Source: an uncultured Actinomycetota bacterium
Lineage (GTDB): Bacteria > Actinomycetota > Actinomycetes > Mycobacteriales > Mycobacteriaceae
Assembly: GCA_963720085.1 (NCBI GenBank)
Contig: CAVRER010000080.1
Coordinates: 94,428 to 158,427 of the forward strand
Length of the DNA stretch: 64,000 bases
Reading direction: 5' to 3'
Position numbers and translations under genes: made by a program. This document shows positions 23,205 through 34,312 of the stretch, in pieces. The first letter of the stretch is position 1. Each line of letters begins with the position of its first letter. The notes beneath the pieces are model-generated. The model saw nothing but the letters and a program-made list of their open reading frames with translations. It was not told the DNA's origin and ran no database searches.

Positions 23205-23649
23205 TCAAGATTTCAACGCCGCGGCCAGCAGGCGGGATGCGGTGATCACGCCATGCAACTTTCCGTCCTTGGTGACCGCGATCAGCGGACTTCGTGCCCG
23301 CGCCATCTCCGCGGCCACCTTGATGATGGTGGCACGCGCATCGACCGTCGGAATGTCACGCAGGTAATCGGGCAGCACGTCGCCGACCGTCTTGCCCGCC
23401 AAATTCTGCATAGCCTGGTCAGGCGTCGGGTTCGCCAAGGACGCCGGCCAGTGTTAGATCGTCCTGCACATAACGCGGCAGGATGAATCGCAGCATCGCG
23501 AACGCCGGCAGAACCGCGTACGGGTTCCCGGAAGCGTCGGTGACCAGGAGTCCGGCCAGACTGTGCTCGGCGATCATGCGTGCAGCGTCGACTGCGTCGG
23601 AGTCGATGGGCACGATCGGGAACTTCTCTTCGAGGTCCTCTGCCCGCAC
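23205..23649 (-). pseudogene. CBS-domain pair protein, copy 2, frameshifted at ~23425-23455
   Basis: The N-terminal frame reads VRAEDLEEKFPIVPIDSDAVDAARMIAEHSLAGLLVTD...YVQDDLTLAGVLGEPDA*. The C-terminal frame reads ...PDQAMQNLAGKTVGDVLP...[25 protein letters not shown]. Confidence 0.8.
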
Positions 23650-23703
23650 ACGGACACAATAACGTCCGCGGACAGATCTGGTCTCGCCCGGCCGACAGGT
23701 GGC

Positions 23704-25005
23704 CTAACTGAAGGCGAAGTAGCGCACCCATAGATAACCAACGGAAAGTGCGAACGAGACGGCGGTCACTACCGCCCCCCTTTTGGTGAAGTCCCAGAAG
23801 GAGACGGGATGGCCGGCGCGGTGCGCGATCCCGACCGCGACGATATTCGCGCTGGCTCCCACGGCGGTGAGGTTGCCACCGAGGACGGTGCCCAACAGCA
23901 GGGCCCACCACAGCACACCGGAGCTGGTGTGTGCGGGGATGGATGCGGCCATGTGTGCAACGACCGGTGTCATCGTGGCGGCATACGGAACATTGTTGAT
24001 AAAGCTGCCCAAAGTGAAGGACACACTGAGGATCAACATCGTCGCCGTCCAGGCATCGCCGTGGGTTAGGTGGCTGGCCAGATCGGCCAATTGCTTGACG
24101 ACGCCGGTCCGCACCAGCGCCCCGACCATAATGAACAGTCCCGCGAAGAACAGCAGCGACTCCCACTCGACGCTCGAGAGGTAGAACTCACGGCTCAGGC
24201 CGGACATCGCGACCAGGATGCCGGCGCCGGCCAGCGCCACCAGTGAAGGCTCCGTGTGGATCTCTTTATGCGCGACGAATCCGGCGAACACTGCAGCCAG
24301 GACGATTCCGCATTGGATCAGCAGCCGGGGATTGCGGATCGCTTCCCTCTCGTTCAGCGACATGACATCGGCGGCCCGCGCGGGATCGACGGTAAAGAAG
24401 CCTGGAAACAGCCGGGGCAGCAGGATCAGCAGGACGGCGAGGACGATGAGCACCGCCGGCGCCATGTTGGCCGTGAACGTAATGAAGCTCAGGTGGGCTC
24501 CGGTGCCGATGATGATGCTGGTCGGGTCGCCGACCAGGGTCGCAGCGCCGGCGATGTTGGCGGCGAGGGCCTCGACGATGAGAAACGGCGCTGGACTGAT
24601 ATCCAGCCGGTCGCACACTAGCAGGGTGACCGGTGCGATCAACAGCACCGTGGTCACGTTGTCCAAAATTGCCGTTCCGAGCGCGGTGACAAGTATCAGC
24701 AGGATCATGATCCGCAGCGGGGAACCCTTGGCGCGCTTGGCCGACCAGATCGCCATGTATTCGAACAAGCCGGTCTGGCGGACCACGCTGACGATGATCA
24801 TCATCCCGAGGAGCAGGAAGAGGACGTCCCAGTTGACCCCGATGTCGCGGGAGTAGAAGACTTCGTCGGAATTGATCACCGGTAGGAAGAACATTGCCGT
24901 TGCGCCGCCCAGCGCCACCAATGTCTGGTTGAAACGCTCCGTGGCGATCAACACGTAGGCGACCACGAACACCGTCACCGCGTAAACCGCGTGAAAGACG
25001 CTCAT
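23704..25005 (-). CDS. ArsB/NhaD-superfamily permease, copy 3 (intact, 433 aa)
   Basis: The ATG at 25005 ([26 protein letters not shown]...) aligns with the copy 2 start. The ORF is full length. Confidence 0.85.
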   Translation of the reverse strand: MSVFHAVYAVTVFVVAYVLIATERFNQTLVALGGATAMFFLPVINSDEVFYSRDIGVNWDVLFLLLGMMIIVSVVRQTGLFEYMAIWSAKRAKGSPLRIMILLILVTALGTAILDNVTTVLLIAPVTLLVCDRLDISPAPFLIVEALAANIAGAATLVGDPTSIIIGTGAHLSFITFTANMAPAVLIVLAVLLILLPRLFPGFFTVDPARAADVMSLNEREAIRNPRLLIQCGIVLAAVFAGFVAHKEIHTEPSLVALAGAGILVAMSGLSREFYLSSVEWESLLFFAGLFIMVGALVRTGVVKQLADLASHLTHGDAWTATMLILSVSFTLGSFINNVPYAATMTPVVAHMAASIPAHTSSGVLWWALLLGTVLGGNLTAVGASANIVAVGIAHRAGHPVSFWDFTKRGAVVTAVSFALSVGYLWVRYFAFS

Positions 25006-25063
25006 CGGCTGTCCTGCCGTCGCGCGCACCCGCGGCTTTGCGCCGCGCGCGCTGAAGCAGTGA

Positions 25064-25117
25064 TCAAGGTTTGAGCGCCGCGGCCACTAGGCGTGCCGCC
25101 GTGATCACGCTGCCCCA
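25064..25117 (-). pseudogene. 3' remnant (~15 codons) of a third CBS-domain gene
   Basis: Only ...[16 protein letters not shown] is retained, homologous to ...[16 protein letters not shown] of copy 2. The rest of the gene is missing upstream of the dxs promoter region. Confidence 0.6.
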
Positions 25118-25373
25118 CCAGACGTCCGTCTGGTAAGCGCGGTCGCGTCGACCGTGCGAGTCATCGTGCACTCCTGAATAGCCCTGAATAGCAGGGAAAC
25201 ACGAATAGCACGAAAACGAATCGCCGACCAGGCTTCCCGGCTCACCGGGGCATAATTTAGCAGGGTCTACCTGGACGGTGCTGTGTGTCTCATTCAACGT
25301 TCAGGTTCGGCTACCGCCGAAGTATCTCCGCAGGTCGGCGCAGTGGACTGGCAGGCGTGCGTACACTAGCGAA

Positions 25374-27299
25374 ATGCTCGAACAGATCCGTGGGCCCGCC
25401 GATCTGCAGCACCTTTCTCAGGCGGACTTGCGTGATCTGGCTGAGGAGATTCGCGAGTTTCTCATTCACAAGGTGGCGGCCACCGGAGGGCATCTGGGGC
25501 CCAACCTTGGCGTCGTTGAGTTGACGCTGGCATTGCATCGGGTATTCGATTCGCCACACGATCCGATCATCTTCGACACCGGCCACCAGGCCTACGTACA
25601 CAAAATGCTGACCGGCCGCTCGGCGGACTTCGAGACGCTGCGCAAAAAGGGTGGTTTGTCGGGTTATCCGTCTCGGGCCGAGAGCGAACACGACTGGGTT
25701 GAGTCAAGCCACGCCAGCGCGGCGTTGTCCTTCGCCGACGGACTGGCCAAGGCATTCGAGCTGACCGGGCACCGCAACCGGCACGTGGTCGCGGTAGTGG
25801 GCGATGGCGCACTCACCGGCGGCATGTGTTGGGAGGCACTGAATAACATCGCGGCCGCGCACCGGCCGGTGGTGATCGTCGTCAACGACAACGGCCGCAG
25901 CTACGCCCCGACCTTCGGGGGTTTGGCCAACCACCTGGCCGCCCTGCGGCTGCAGCCCAGCTACGAGCACCTCTTGGAGCGGGGGCGCACCGCGGTACGC
26001 GGAATGCCGGTCGTCGGCGAATTGGCTTACCAGTTCATACACAGCGTCAAAGCCGGTGTGAAGGACGCGCTTTCACCGCAGCTGCTGTTCACCGATCTCG
26101 GGCTGAAGTATGTCGGGCCCGTCGACGGACATGACGAACATGCCGTGGAGACCGCGCTGCGCAGCGCGCGCGGATTCCGCGGCCCGGTGCTGGTGCACGT
26201 CGTCACCCACAAGGGCATGGGCTACGGTCCGGCGGAGGCCGACGAGGCCGAGCAGATGCATTCCTGTGGGGTGATCGACCCGGCGACCGGGCTAGCCACC
26301 AAGGTCCCGGGACCGAGCTGGACTGCGACGTTTTCCGAATCGCTGATCGACTTTGCGACTAAACGCCGCGACATTGTCGCGATCACCGCTGCCATGCCCG
26401 GGCCCACCGGGCTGACGGCGTTCGGCCAGCGCTTCCCGGATCGGTTGTTCGACGTCGGCATCGCCGAGCAGCACGCGATGACTTCCGCGGCCGGATTGGC
26501 CATGGGTGGGCTGCACCCGGTGGTGGCGATCTACTCGACATTTCTCAACCGTGCGTTCGACCAAATCACGATGGACGTGGCGATGCACAAGCTGCCGGTC
26601 ACCATGGTGCTCGACCGAGCCGGGATCACTGGCCCGGACGGTGCCAGCCACAACGGCATGTGGGACTTGTCGATGCTGGGCATCGTCCCCGGCGTGCGGG
26701 TAGCCGCGCCGAGGGACGGTACCCGGCTGCGTGAGGAGCTCGGTGAGGCGCTCGACATCGACGACGGCCCCACCGCGATCAGATTCCCGAAAGGCGATGT
26801 CGGCGAAGATATTCCGGCGCTTGAACGCCGCGGAGGAGCGGACGTGCTCGCCGTGCCGGCTGATGGCCTGACCGCCGATGTGTTATTGGTGGCGGTCGGG
26901 GCGTTCGCGTCGACGGGCCTGGCGGTGGCCGAGCGGCTGCGCAACCAGGGCATCGGCGTGACGGTGATCGACCCGCGGTGGGTTTTGCCGGTATCGGATG
27001 TGGTGGCCGAGTTGGCGCTCGGGCACAAGCTGGTCGTCACGATGGAAGACAACGGCGTCAACGGCGGCGTCGGCTCAGCGGTGTCAGCGGCGTTGCGGCG
27101 CAAAGAGATCGACGTGCCCTGCCGCGACGTCGGACTACCGCAACAATTCTTCGATCACGCGTCGCGCGGAGAGGTGCTCGCCGAAGCTGGTTTGACTGAG
27201 CAGGACGTGGCCCGGCAGATCACCGGCTGGGTGGCGGCGCTGTCCGGCCTGGGCAATGGTGTTGAGTCCGCGGCGGAGATCAGCGAACGCCTGGACTAG
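25374..27299 (+). CDS. dxs: 1-deoxy-D-xylulose-5-phosphate synthase
   Basis: From ATG 25374: [82 protein letters not shown]..., 641 aa, intact. Confidence 0.96.
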   Translation: MLEQIRGPADLQHLSQADLRDLAEEIREFLIHKVAATGGHLGPNLGVVELTLALHRVFDSPHDPIIFDTGHQAYVHKMLTGRSADFETLRKKGGLSGYPSRAESEHDWVESSHASAALSFADGLAKAFELTGHRNRHVVAVVGDGALTGGMCWEALNNIAAAHRPVVIVVNDNGRSYAPTFGGLANHLAALRLQPSYEHLLERGRTAVRGMPVVGELAYQFIHSVKAGVKDALSPQLLFTDLGLKYVGPVDGHDEHAVETALRSARGFRGPVLVHVVTHKGMGYGPAEADEAEQMHSCGVIDPATGLATKVPGPSWTATFSESLIDFATKRRDIVAITAAMPGPTGLTAFGQRFPDRLFDVGIAEQHAMTSAAGLAMGGLHPVVAIYSTFLNRAFDQITMDVAMHKLPVTMVLDRAGITGPDGASHNGMWDLSMLGIVPGVRVAAPRDGTRLREELGEALDIDDGPTAIRFPKGDVGEDIPALERRGGADVLAVPADGLTADVLLVAVGAFASTGLAVAERLRNQGIGVTVIDPRWVLPVSDVVAELALGHKLVVTMEDNGVNGGVGSAVSAALRRKEIDVPCRDVGLPQQFFDHASRGEVLAEAGLTEQDVARQITGWVAALSGLGNGVESAAEISERLD

Positions 27300-27336
27300 C
27301 GACCTCTTGTCGCCGAGATCGACGGCAGCGTCATGT

Positions 27337-28629
27337 CTACTCGAACTTTTGCGCGCTGCTGTCGATTTCGGTGGAGTCATGAGGCTGCAACGCTTCGGCG
27401 AGTACCTGCACCACCAGCTCACGCTGCCAACCGCGGGCCTGCCCGGCGGCCAGGAACTCGTCAATCGCTTTTGCCGGATCCTCAGCGCCCTCCCAATCCC
27501 AGCACAGCCGTCGCACCAGGTCGGGCGAGACCAGGTTCTCGGTCGGCACCGATACCCGTTGGGAGAGCTCGCGCAGCCCAGTGCGGGCGGCATCCAGTCG
27601 CGCCGCGGCCTCCGGTCTGCGCTTGGGCCAGCGTGCCGGTGCAGGTGGCCCGTTAGGCGGTTCGGCCTCCTCCGCGGGACCGGGGGCTTCCCGCGCTGAT
27701 TTCAGCGCCGCCAACCACGTCGCGGCGTTACGGCGTTGCCTGGGACCGCCGAATATCGGCAGCGCGATCAAGTCGTCGCGGGTCTTGGGGTCGGCGGTGG
27801 CGGCATCGATGATCGCCGAGTCGGGCAAGATCCGCCCTGGGGCGATATCGCGGCGTTGCGCGATTTCGTCTCGCACAGTCCACAATTCACGAACCGCAGC
27901 CAGGCCGCGCTGGTTGCGCACCTTATGGATACCGGATGTGCGTCGCCAGCGGTCCCGGCGGGTCGGCGGCGGTGCCTGACCCACGGTCCGCAGGTAGTCG
28001 AATTCCTCTGCGGCCCAATCTGTTTTGCCCTGCTCGGCCAGCACGCCCGCGATCCCGTCCCGTAGTTCGATGAGGACTTCTACGTCGAGGGCCGCGTAGT
28101 TCAGCCAGGCCGGCGGCAGCGGACGTTTGGACCAATCCGCCGCGCCGTGGCCTTTCGCCAGACCCAAACCGAGCAGCCGTTGTGCCATGGCCGCCAGGTT
28201 GACCCGGTCGAAGCCGGCCAACCGCCCGGCCAGCTCGGTGTCATACAGCGCCGGCGGCCGCATGCCGACCTCGGCCAGGCACGGCAGGTCCTGGTCGGCT
28301 GCGTGCAGAATCCACTCGTCCTGCGCGAGGACGTCGGCAACGGGCCGCAGCACGGTCAGCGGGTCGCCGCCATGGCTGACCGGATCGATGAGCACGGTGC
28401 CGGCGCGCGCCCGGCGGATCTGAATCAGGTAGGCGCGGTTGGAGTAACGGAACCCTGAGGCCCGTTCGGCATCAACTGCGAACGCTCCATCCCCGCCGGC
28501 CAGCAGTTGTGCGGCGGCAGCGATCTCGCTGGCGCTCGTCGAGAGATCGGGCACACCGTCGGCGGGATGAAGCAGCGGAGTTACGTCTGGTTCCGTGCTT
28601 TCCGGCGTTTCGGCTGTCGCCTCGACCAT
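27337..28629 (-). CDS. rnd: Ribonuclease D (3'-5' exonuclease + HRDC domain)
   Basis: 430 aa: ...FAVDAERASGFRYSNRAYLIQIRRARAGTVLIDP...ILHAADQDLPCL...DWSKRPLPPAWLNYAALDVEVL, Rv2681-like. Confidence 0.88.
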   Translation of the reverse strand: MVEATAETPESTEPDVTPLLHPADGVPDLSTSASEIAAAAQLLAGGDGAFAVDAERASGFRYSNRAYLIQIRRARAGTVLIDPVSHGGDPLTVLRPVADVLAQDEWILHAADQDLPCLAEVGMRPPALYDTELAGRLAGFDRVNLAAMAQRLLGLGLAKGHGAADWSKRPLPPAWLNYAALDVEVLIELRDGIAGVLAEQGKTDWAAEEFDYLRTVGQAPPPTRRDRWRRTSGIHKVRNQRGLAAVRELWTVRDEIAQRRDIAPGRILPDSAIIDAATADPKTRDDLIALPIFGGPRQRRNAATWLAALKSAREAPGPAEEAEPPNGPPAPARWPKRRPEAAARLDAARTGLRELSQRVSVPTENLVSPDLVRRLCWDWEGAEDPAKAIDEFLAAGQARGWQRELVVQVLAEALQPHDSTEIDSSAQKFE

Positions 28630-28630
28630 C

Positions 28631-29212
28631 TCAGACGCGGGACCGCGTGCCCAAATCCGTCACCCCGACCGGTGGCAGCCCCGCGGCATGCTCGAGCACC
28701 TCGCAGAACGCCTCGACGTGTGTACCGATGTCCGGGCTGATCGCTGTCCACGACGCGCGCAACTCCAGCTGATGGGCGCGCGGCGGTCCGGAGATGTCCC
28801 CATAGCGCACCGAGCTGGTGGCGGTGACGGTGCCGCCGAGCGCGGTGACGTGCTCGGCGCGCTTGTCCAGCGCTTCGACCAGCCAACTCCACGCCACCTC
28901 CGGCAGCAACGGGTCGACGGCCTCGCTGGAGTCCAGGTCGGCCTGGATGTAGGCGACCAGCCGCATGGTGCCGTCCCACGCGTCGGCCCCATCCGGGTCA
29001 TAGAGCAGGATCAGCCGGCCGAACGCGTCACCGTCGGACTGCTCCGACACGACGTCGACCTCGGGACGTTTGACCTCGGCGCCAAGCGCGTAGCTGTACG
29101 GCGCGAGACGCTGTGGCGGCCGGATGGGGCCCAGCTCGATCTCCGATCGCACGCTGGCACCGCTCATCGCCACGACCGCCTCGCGGAACGGGACCGGTTC
29201 GGCTGAGCTCAC
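28631..29212 (-). CDS. DUF3000 protein (Rv2680-like)
   Basis: 193-aa ORF: ...FREAVVAMSGASVRSEIELGPIRPPQRLAPYSYALGAEV...LILLYDPDGADAWDGTMRLVAYIQADLD.... Confidence 0.85.
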   Translation of the reverse strand: MSSAEPVPFREAVVAMSGASVRSEIELGPIRPPQRLAPYSYALGAEVKRPEVDVVSEQSDGDAFGRLILLYDPDGADAWDGTMRLVAYIQADLDSSEAVDPLLPEVAWSWLVEALDKRAEHVTALGGTVTATSSVRYGDISGPPRAHQLELRASWTAISPDIGTHVEAFCEVLEHAAGLPPVGVTDLGTRSRV

Positions 29213-29314
29213 AAGCGCCGCTCCTCCTCATCGCTCGGCACTGCATCGTCGCAGGCGGGGGCACGACCTCTGACGCTAGACCTATCTGCGGACACGCGGA
29301 AAAAGGCGCGCCGT

Positions 29315-30133
29315 TTAGGGCGAGTCGGCAGAGAAACGCGCTGGCCGCTTCTCGCGGTGAGCGGCCAGACCTTCGGCGACGTCAGGCCCGCCGAACCCCA
29401 GAAATTCCAGGCCAAGGGAGGTTTCGAAGGCGGGCGCGAACATCCGGTACCAGTGATTGAGGCTGTGTTTGGTGAAGCGGATCGCCGACTGCGCGCCTTG
29501 AGCCAGGTCCGCCGCGATGCGGGTTGCGGTGCCGAGCACTTCGTCGTCATCCACACAAAGCGACACCAGCCCGATCCGTTCCGCCTCCGCGCCAGACAGC
29601 GGCTCGCAGGTGAGCAGGTAGTACTTGGCCTTGGCCATGCCGACCAGCAGCGGCCAGCAGATGGCCGCGTGATCGCCCGCGGCTACACCCAGCTTGGTGT
29701 GGCCGTCGATGATCTTGGCGGTTCGACCGGCCACCGAGACGTCGGCGAGCAGCGCCACCACCAGACCCGCGCCGACTGCTGCACCGTGAATCGCCGACAC
29801 CACCGGCTTGTCGCAGTTGACCATGTTGAGCACGAGATCGCGGGCCTCGCGCATGATGCGCAGCCGGTCGGTGAGCTCACCGATGGTCTCGTCGATCAGG
29901 TCGAAGCTGCCGCCGGAGGAGAACGCTTTGCCCTCGCCGCGAACCAAGACGACGCGCACGTCGGGGTCGCGATCGATCACCGGCCAGATGTCGGCGAGGT
30001 CGCGGTGCATCTGCGGCCCGACCGAATTAAGCCCCGGAGCATCGAGAATCAGGTGCAGCACCCCGTGATCGGCGCGTTCGATTCGTAGGCTTGGAAACTC
30101 GTCGTAGCTGACTTCTGGGTGACGAACTGGCAT
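29315..30133 (-). CDS. echA15: Enoyl-CoA hydratase/isomerase family protein (EchA15-like)
   Basis: From ATG 30133: [77 protein letters not shown]..., crotonase fold. Confidence 0.85.
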   Translation of the reverse strand: MPVRHPEVSYDEFPSLRIERADHGVLHLILDAPGLNSVGPQMHRDLADIWPVIDRDPDVRVVLVRGEGKAFSSGGSFDLIDETIGELTDRLRIMREARDLVLNMVNCDKPVVSAIHGAAVGAGLVVALLADVSVAGRTAKIIDGHTKLGVAAGDHAAICWPLLVGMAKAKYYLLTCEPLSGAEAERIGLVSLCVDDDEVLGTATRIAADLAQGAQSAIRFTKHSLNHWYRMFAPAFETSLGLEFLGFGGPDVAEGLAAHREKRPARFSADSP

Positions 30134-30255
30134 CCCGGCTCCTGGCGCGGCTCTACGGACTTTACCCACGACGAGGTTACGCAGGTCTGCAGCAGACCGG
30201 GCCGAGACCGCCTGGCGAACCGCGTCAACCGCTGGTCGTGGCAGCATTGAACCCG

Positions 30256-31305
30256 ATGAGTACCCGTCGCACGCTGCCCGAGTCGCCGTACCTGGCCGCG
30301 GCCACCGGCCGCAAGCCGCACCGGGTGCCGGTGTGGTTCATGCGTCAGGCCGGCCGATCGCTGCCGGAATACCGTGTCCTGCGGGCACGCAGCAGCATGG
30401 TGGACGCCTGCTTCGACGCCGAGCTGATCGCCGAGATCACCCTGCAACCGATACGCCGCCATAACGTCGACGCCGCGATCTTGTTCTCCGATATCGTGGT
30501 GCCGCTGCTCGGCGCCGGTGTCGACTTGGACATCGTCCCTGATGTCGGACCCGTCATCGCAGCGCCGGTGCGCACCGCCGCCGATATCGATGCGTTGAAA
30601 CCTCTTGAGCCACAATGTGTCCAACCGGTGTCGGACGCGGTCTCGCTGCTCGTGCAAGCGCTGGGCGATGTTCCGCTGATCGGGTTCGCCGGTGCGCCGT
30701 TCACGCTGGCGTCCTATTTGGTCGAGGGCGGCCCGAGCAGCCACCACGCCCGCACCAAGGCGATGATGTTGGCCGAGCCCACCTGCTGGCATGCGCTGAT
30801 GGAAAAGCTAACTGACCTCACCATCGCGTTTCTGCGAGTTCAACTTGATGCCGGGGTGGATGCGATTCAGGTGTTCGACTCATGGGCGGGCGCGCTATCG
30901 CTTGCCGACTACCAGCGCTATGTGCTGCCGCACAGCGCGCGGGTATTCGGCACGCTGGCCGACCGCGGCGTCGCGATGACGCACTTCGGGGTCGGCACCG
31001 CCGAACTGCTGGGTGCCATGTCGGAGGCAGGTGCAACGGTCATCGGCGTCGATTGGCGAACCTCGCTGGTCGACGCCACCGCCCGAATCGAAACCGGTAT
31101 CGCACTGCAGGGCAACCTCGATCCGGCGGTGTTGCTGGCCGGCTGGCCGGCCGTGGAGCAGGCCGCGCGCGCAGTGGTCGACGACGGACGAAACGCGGTA
31201 GACGCCGGCGCGGCCGGGCATATTTTCAACCTCGGGCACGGTGTGCTGCCGGAAACGGACCCCGGCGTTCTCACCGAACTGGTGTCACTGGTCCACGCGT
31301 TATGA
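30256..31305 (+). CDS. hemE: Uroporphyrinogen decarboxylase
   Basis: From ATG 30256: [40 protein letters not shown]...[15 protein letters not shown], intact. Confidence 0.95.
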   Translation: MSTRRTLPESPYLAAATGRKPHRVPVWFMRQAGRSLPEYRVLRARSSMVDACFDAELIAEITLQPIRRHNVDAAILFSDIVVPLLGAGVDLDIVPDVGPVIAAPVRTAADIDALKPLEPQCVQPVSDAVSLLVQALGDVPLIGFAGAPFTLASYLVEGGPSSHHARTKAMMLAEPTCWHALMEKLTDLTIAFLRVQLDAGVDAIQVFDSWAGALSLADYQRYVLPHSARVFGTLADRGVAMTHFGVGTAELLGAMSEAGATVIGVDWRTSLVDATARIETGIALQGNLDPAVLLAGWPAVEQAARAVVDDGRNAVDAGAAGHIFNLGHGVLPETDPGVLTELVSLVHAL

Positions 31306-32730
31306 CGTCCGGCGACAATGCGGGCCGGAACGGCCCGATGAGGAGCCGGACAATCGGATCGGGCTCGTATTGTGTTGTCGGCGGCGGTATTTCGGGCCTG
31401 ATAGCGGCCTACCGATTGCGGGCGACCCTCGGCGACGAGGCGAGCATCACGCTGTTCGACCCGGCCGACCGGCTCGGCGGGGTGCTGCGCACCGAGCAAG
31501 TCGGCGGAGTTGCCATCGACGTCGGCGCCGAGGCGTTCGTGGTACGACGCCCCGAGGTGCCGGCGCTGCTGTCCGAGCTGGGCCTTGCGAACCGGCAAGT
31601 CGGGACCACCGGAGCCCGGCCGCTGATCTACAGCCAGGACCGGCTGCATCCGTTGCCGCCAGCCACGCTCAATGGCATTCCGTCGTCTGCGGAGTCGATG
31701 GCCGGTCTGGTGAACGACGCCACCTTGGCGCGTATCACTTCCGAGCCCAGTCGACCGTTTCGCTGGCAGCCCGGCGGCGATCCGGCGGTGGCCGACCTGG
31801 TGGCCGACCGGTTCGGCGAGCAAGTGGTGGCCCGGTCGGTGGATCCGATGCTCGGCGGGGTGTACGCGGGATCCGCGGCGACCATCGGCGTTCGCTCGGC
31901 TGCCCCGACCCTGGCCGCTGCTCTCGACGGCGGCGCCGCCCACCTGACCGACGCGGTCCGCCAGGCGCTCATGAGCGTCACCGCAGGCCCGGTGTTCGGT
32001 TCGGTGGGCGGAGGTTACACGGTGCTGATCGACGAGCTTGTTCGTCGCAGCCGGCTCAATTGGGTACAGGCGGCGGTCGACGGTATCGAGGCCGCACAAG
32101 CTCCTGCACGCGGCTGGACGCTGCGCGACGACGCCGGTGCCCAGTGGCGTGCCGACGCGGTAATCCTGGCCGTCCCGGCTGCACGCCTGGTCGGCCTCGT
32201 CGACCGCATCGCGCCACGTACCGCCGCCGCGGCCAGCCGCATCGCCAGTGCGTCGTCGGTGGTGGTGGCGCTGGCCGTGCCTCGCGGTATCCGCTTCCCG
32301 CAGAATTCCGGCGTGCTGGTAGCCAGCGGAGAACGGTTGCGCGCCAAGGCAATCACGTTGTCGTCGCGAAAGTGGGGACGACGTACCGACGTGGAGCTGT
32401 TGCGACTCTCGTTCGGCCGGTTCGGCGATGAGGTAGCCCGCCGCGCGTCCGACGACGAGTTGCTGGCCTGGGCGAATACAGGATCTGGCAGACGTTTTCG
32501 GGCTGGCGGTCGACCCGGTGGACGTCTGCATTCGGCGCTGGCTGGACGCGATGCCGCAGTACGGGCCCGGCCATCGCGACTTGGTCGCCGAGCTGCGCGC
32601 AGGCCTGCCGCCGACCGTGGCGGTGGCGGGCAGTTATCTCGACGGGATCGGGGTGCCGGCGTGCATCGGCGCGGCCGGCCGAGCCGTCACCGGTGCGATC
32701 CGGGCGGTCGAAACCTCCGTGGCACGATAG
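31302..32730 (+). pseudogene. hemY: Coproporphyrinogen/protoporphyrinogen oxidase HemY (CgoX) with one frameshift at ~32476-32482
   Basis: ATG 31302 overlaps the hemE stop (ATGA); ATG 31338 is an alternative. ...[18 protein letters not shown]...[16 protein letters not shown]... stays in frame to ...[10 protein letters not shown]. The conserved C-terminus [69 protein letters not shown] is in another frame (ends 32730). The shifted frame instead reads through into chdC, producing the artefactual 852-aa track ORF. Confidence 0.8.
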
Positions 32731-32735
32731 TTGTC

Positions 32736-33440
32736 ATGGCCCGCTTGGACTACGACGCGCTAAACGCCGCCGTTCGCTACCTGATGTTCTCGGTGTTCTC
32801 GGTGCGTCCAGGGGCACTTGGCGCAGAAGGAGAGGCCAGGGAGGCCGTCATCGACGAGACCGCCACCTTCTTCAAGCAGCGGGAAGAGCGCGGCGTTGTG
32901 GTGCGCGGTCTCTACGACGTCGCCGGCTTACGGGCAGACGCCGATTTCATGATCTGGACGCACGCCGAACGCGTCGAAGCGCTGCAGGCGACCTATCAGG
33001 ATTTCCGGCGTACCACCACGCTGGGCCGGGCGTGCACGCCGGTGTGGAGCAGTGTGGCGCTGCACCGGCCGGCGGAGTTCAACAAGAGTCACATCCCAGC
33101 GTTCCTGGCCGGCGAGGAACCGGGGGCCTACATCTGCGTCTATCCGTTCGTGCGGTCCTATGAGTGGTATTTGCTGCCCGACGAGGAGCGCCGCCGCATG
33201 CTCGCCGAACACGGCATGGCGGCCCGGGAATACAAAGACGTCCGGGCCAACACCGTGCCCGCGTTCGCGCTCGGCGACTACGAGTGGATCTTGGCGTTCG
33301 AGGCCACTGAACTGCACCGCATCCTCGACCTGATGCGGGAGTTGCGCGCCACGGACGCACGACGGCATACCCGCGAGGAGACGCCGTTTTTCACCGGGCC
33401 GCGGGTGCCGGTCGAGCAGCTGGTCGCCTCGTTGCCATGA
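32736..33440 (+). CDS. chdC: Coproheme decarboxylase (ChdC/HemQ, Rv2676c-like)
   Basis: [29 protein letters not shown]...[35 protein letters not shown]..., 234 aa. Confidence 0.88.
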   Translation: MARLDYDALNAAVRYLMFSVFSVRPGALGAEGEAREAVIDETATFFKQREERGVVVRGLYDVAGLRADADFMIWTHAERVEALQATYQDFRRTTTLGRACTPVWSSVALHRPAEFNKSHIPAFLAGEEPGAYICVYPFVRSYEWYLLPDEERRRMLAEHGMAAREYKDVRANTVPAFALGDYEWILAFEATELHRILDLMRELRATDARRHTREETPFFTGPRVPVEQLVASLP

Positions 33441-33486
33441 CGCTCGAGCGTTGCATCGGCGATACTTCACATTATATCGTTAAGCC

Positions 33487-34236
33487 GTGACCCAGCCAGC
33501 ACCGACCGATCCCAGCCGCTTTGAAGAGATGTACCGCGATCAGCGGGTCTCGCACGGCTTGCCGGCCGCCACCCCGTGGGACATCGGCGGCCCGCAGCCC
33601 GTCGTACGGCAACTTGTTGCGCTGGGCGCGGTCAAAGGCGAAGTTCTGGACCCAGGCACCGGTCCGGGCCACCACGCCATCTACTACGCGTCAAAGGGTT
33701 ACTCGGCTACCGGCATCGACGCGTCACCGACCGGGCTGGAGCGGGCCAGAGAGAACGCGCGGAGAGCCGGGGTGTCGGTGAACTTCCAGCTGGCCGACGC
33801 CACGAAGTTGCAGGGTTTTGAGAACCGTTTCGACACGGTCGTCGACTGCGCCTTCTATCACACGTTTTCGACCGAGCCGGAGTTGCAGCGGTCGTACGCG
33901 CGGGCTTTGCACCGGGCGACCAAGCCCGGAGCGCGCCTCTACATGTTCGAATTCAGCGCCGGCAACGTCAACGGCTTCCAGATGCCACGATCGTTGTCCG
34001 AGAACGACTTTCGTCAGGTATTCCCCGACTCCGGTTGGGAGATCACGTATTTAGGGCCGACCACCTACCTGATCAACATGAGCGTGGAAACCCTTGACAT
34101 GATGCTCGCCCGCAATCCCGATATGGCCGAGCAGATCAAGCCGATCATCGAGCGGTTCCGGATCATCGAACCGTGGCTGACCAACGGTCGGGCGCACGCC
34201 CCGTTCTGGGCAATGCACGCCACCCGCGTGGACTGA
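33487..34236 (+). CDS. Class I SAM-dependent methyltransferase (Rv2675c-like)
   Basis: 249 aa with motif I VLDPGTGPGHHAIYYA. GTG start at 33487. Confidence 0.85.
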   Translation: MTQPAPTDPSRFEEMYRDQRVSHGLPAATPWDIGGPQPVVRQLVALGAVKGEVLDPGTGPGHHAIYYASKGYSATGIDASPTGLERARENARRAGVSVNFQLADATKLQGFENRFDTVVDCAFYHTFSTEPELQRSYARALHRATKPGARLYMFEFSAGNVNGFQMPRSLSENDFRQVFPDSGWEITYLGPTTYLINMSVETLDMMLARNPDMAEQIKPIIERFRIIEPWLTNGRAHAPFWAMHATRVD

Positions 34237-34247
34237 CTCGTTGCGCC

Positions 34248-34302
34248 GAGTGGCCGGTTATGACACACGATCGGCCAAAACGCGTGTCATAACTGGCCAC
34301 TC
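34248..34302. terminator. Long imperfect hairpin between convergent genes (methyltransferase / msrB)
   Basis: gagtggccggttatgacacacg - 11-nt loop - cgcgtgtcataactggccactc. 22-bp stem with 2 mismatches. Candidate bidirectional terminator. Confidence 0.55.
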
Positions 34303-34312
34303 GACAGGAAAA

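Larger units (their letters stand above)
19784..25117 (-). repeat. Tandem triplication of a two-gene cassette (CBS-domain gene + ArsB/NhaD-type permease) with differential decay
   Basis: There are three permease paralogues (19784-21073, 21847-23149, 23704-25005), each preceded by a CBS gene or its remnant. Copies 2 and 3 are roughly 85% identical at the DNA level by eye over the compared ends, and share the catcggYtgtcctgccgtcg start region and a ~55-nt spacer. Copy 1 is more divergent. Confidence 0.85.

Noticed and set aside
30882-33440. 852-aa ORF in the track that looks like a giant fusion protein
   Set aside because: It is an artefact. It starts inside hemE in a shifted frame, follows hemY, and after the hemY frameshift (~32478) reads through into chdC. 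The real units are hemE, hemY (broken) and chdC.
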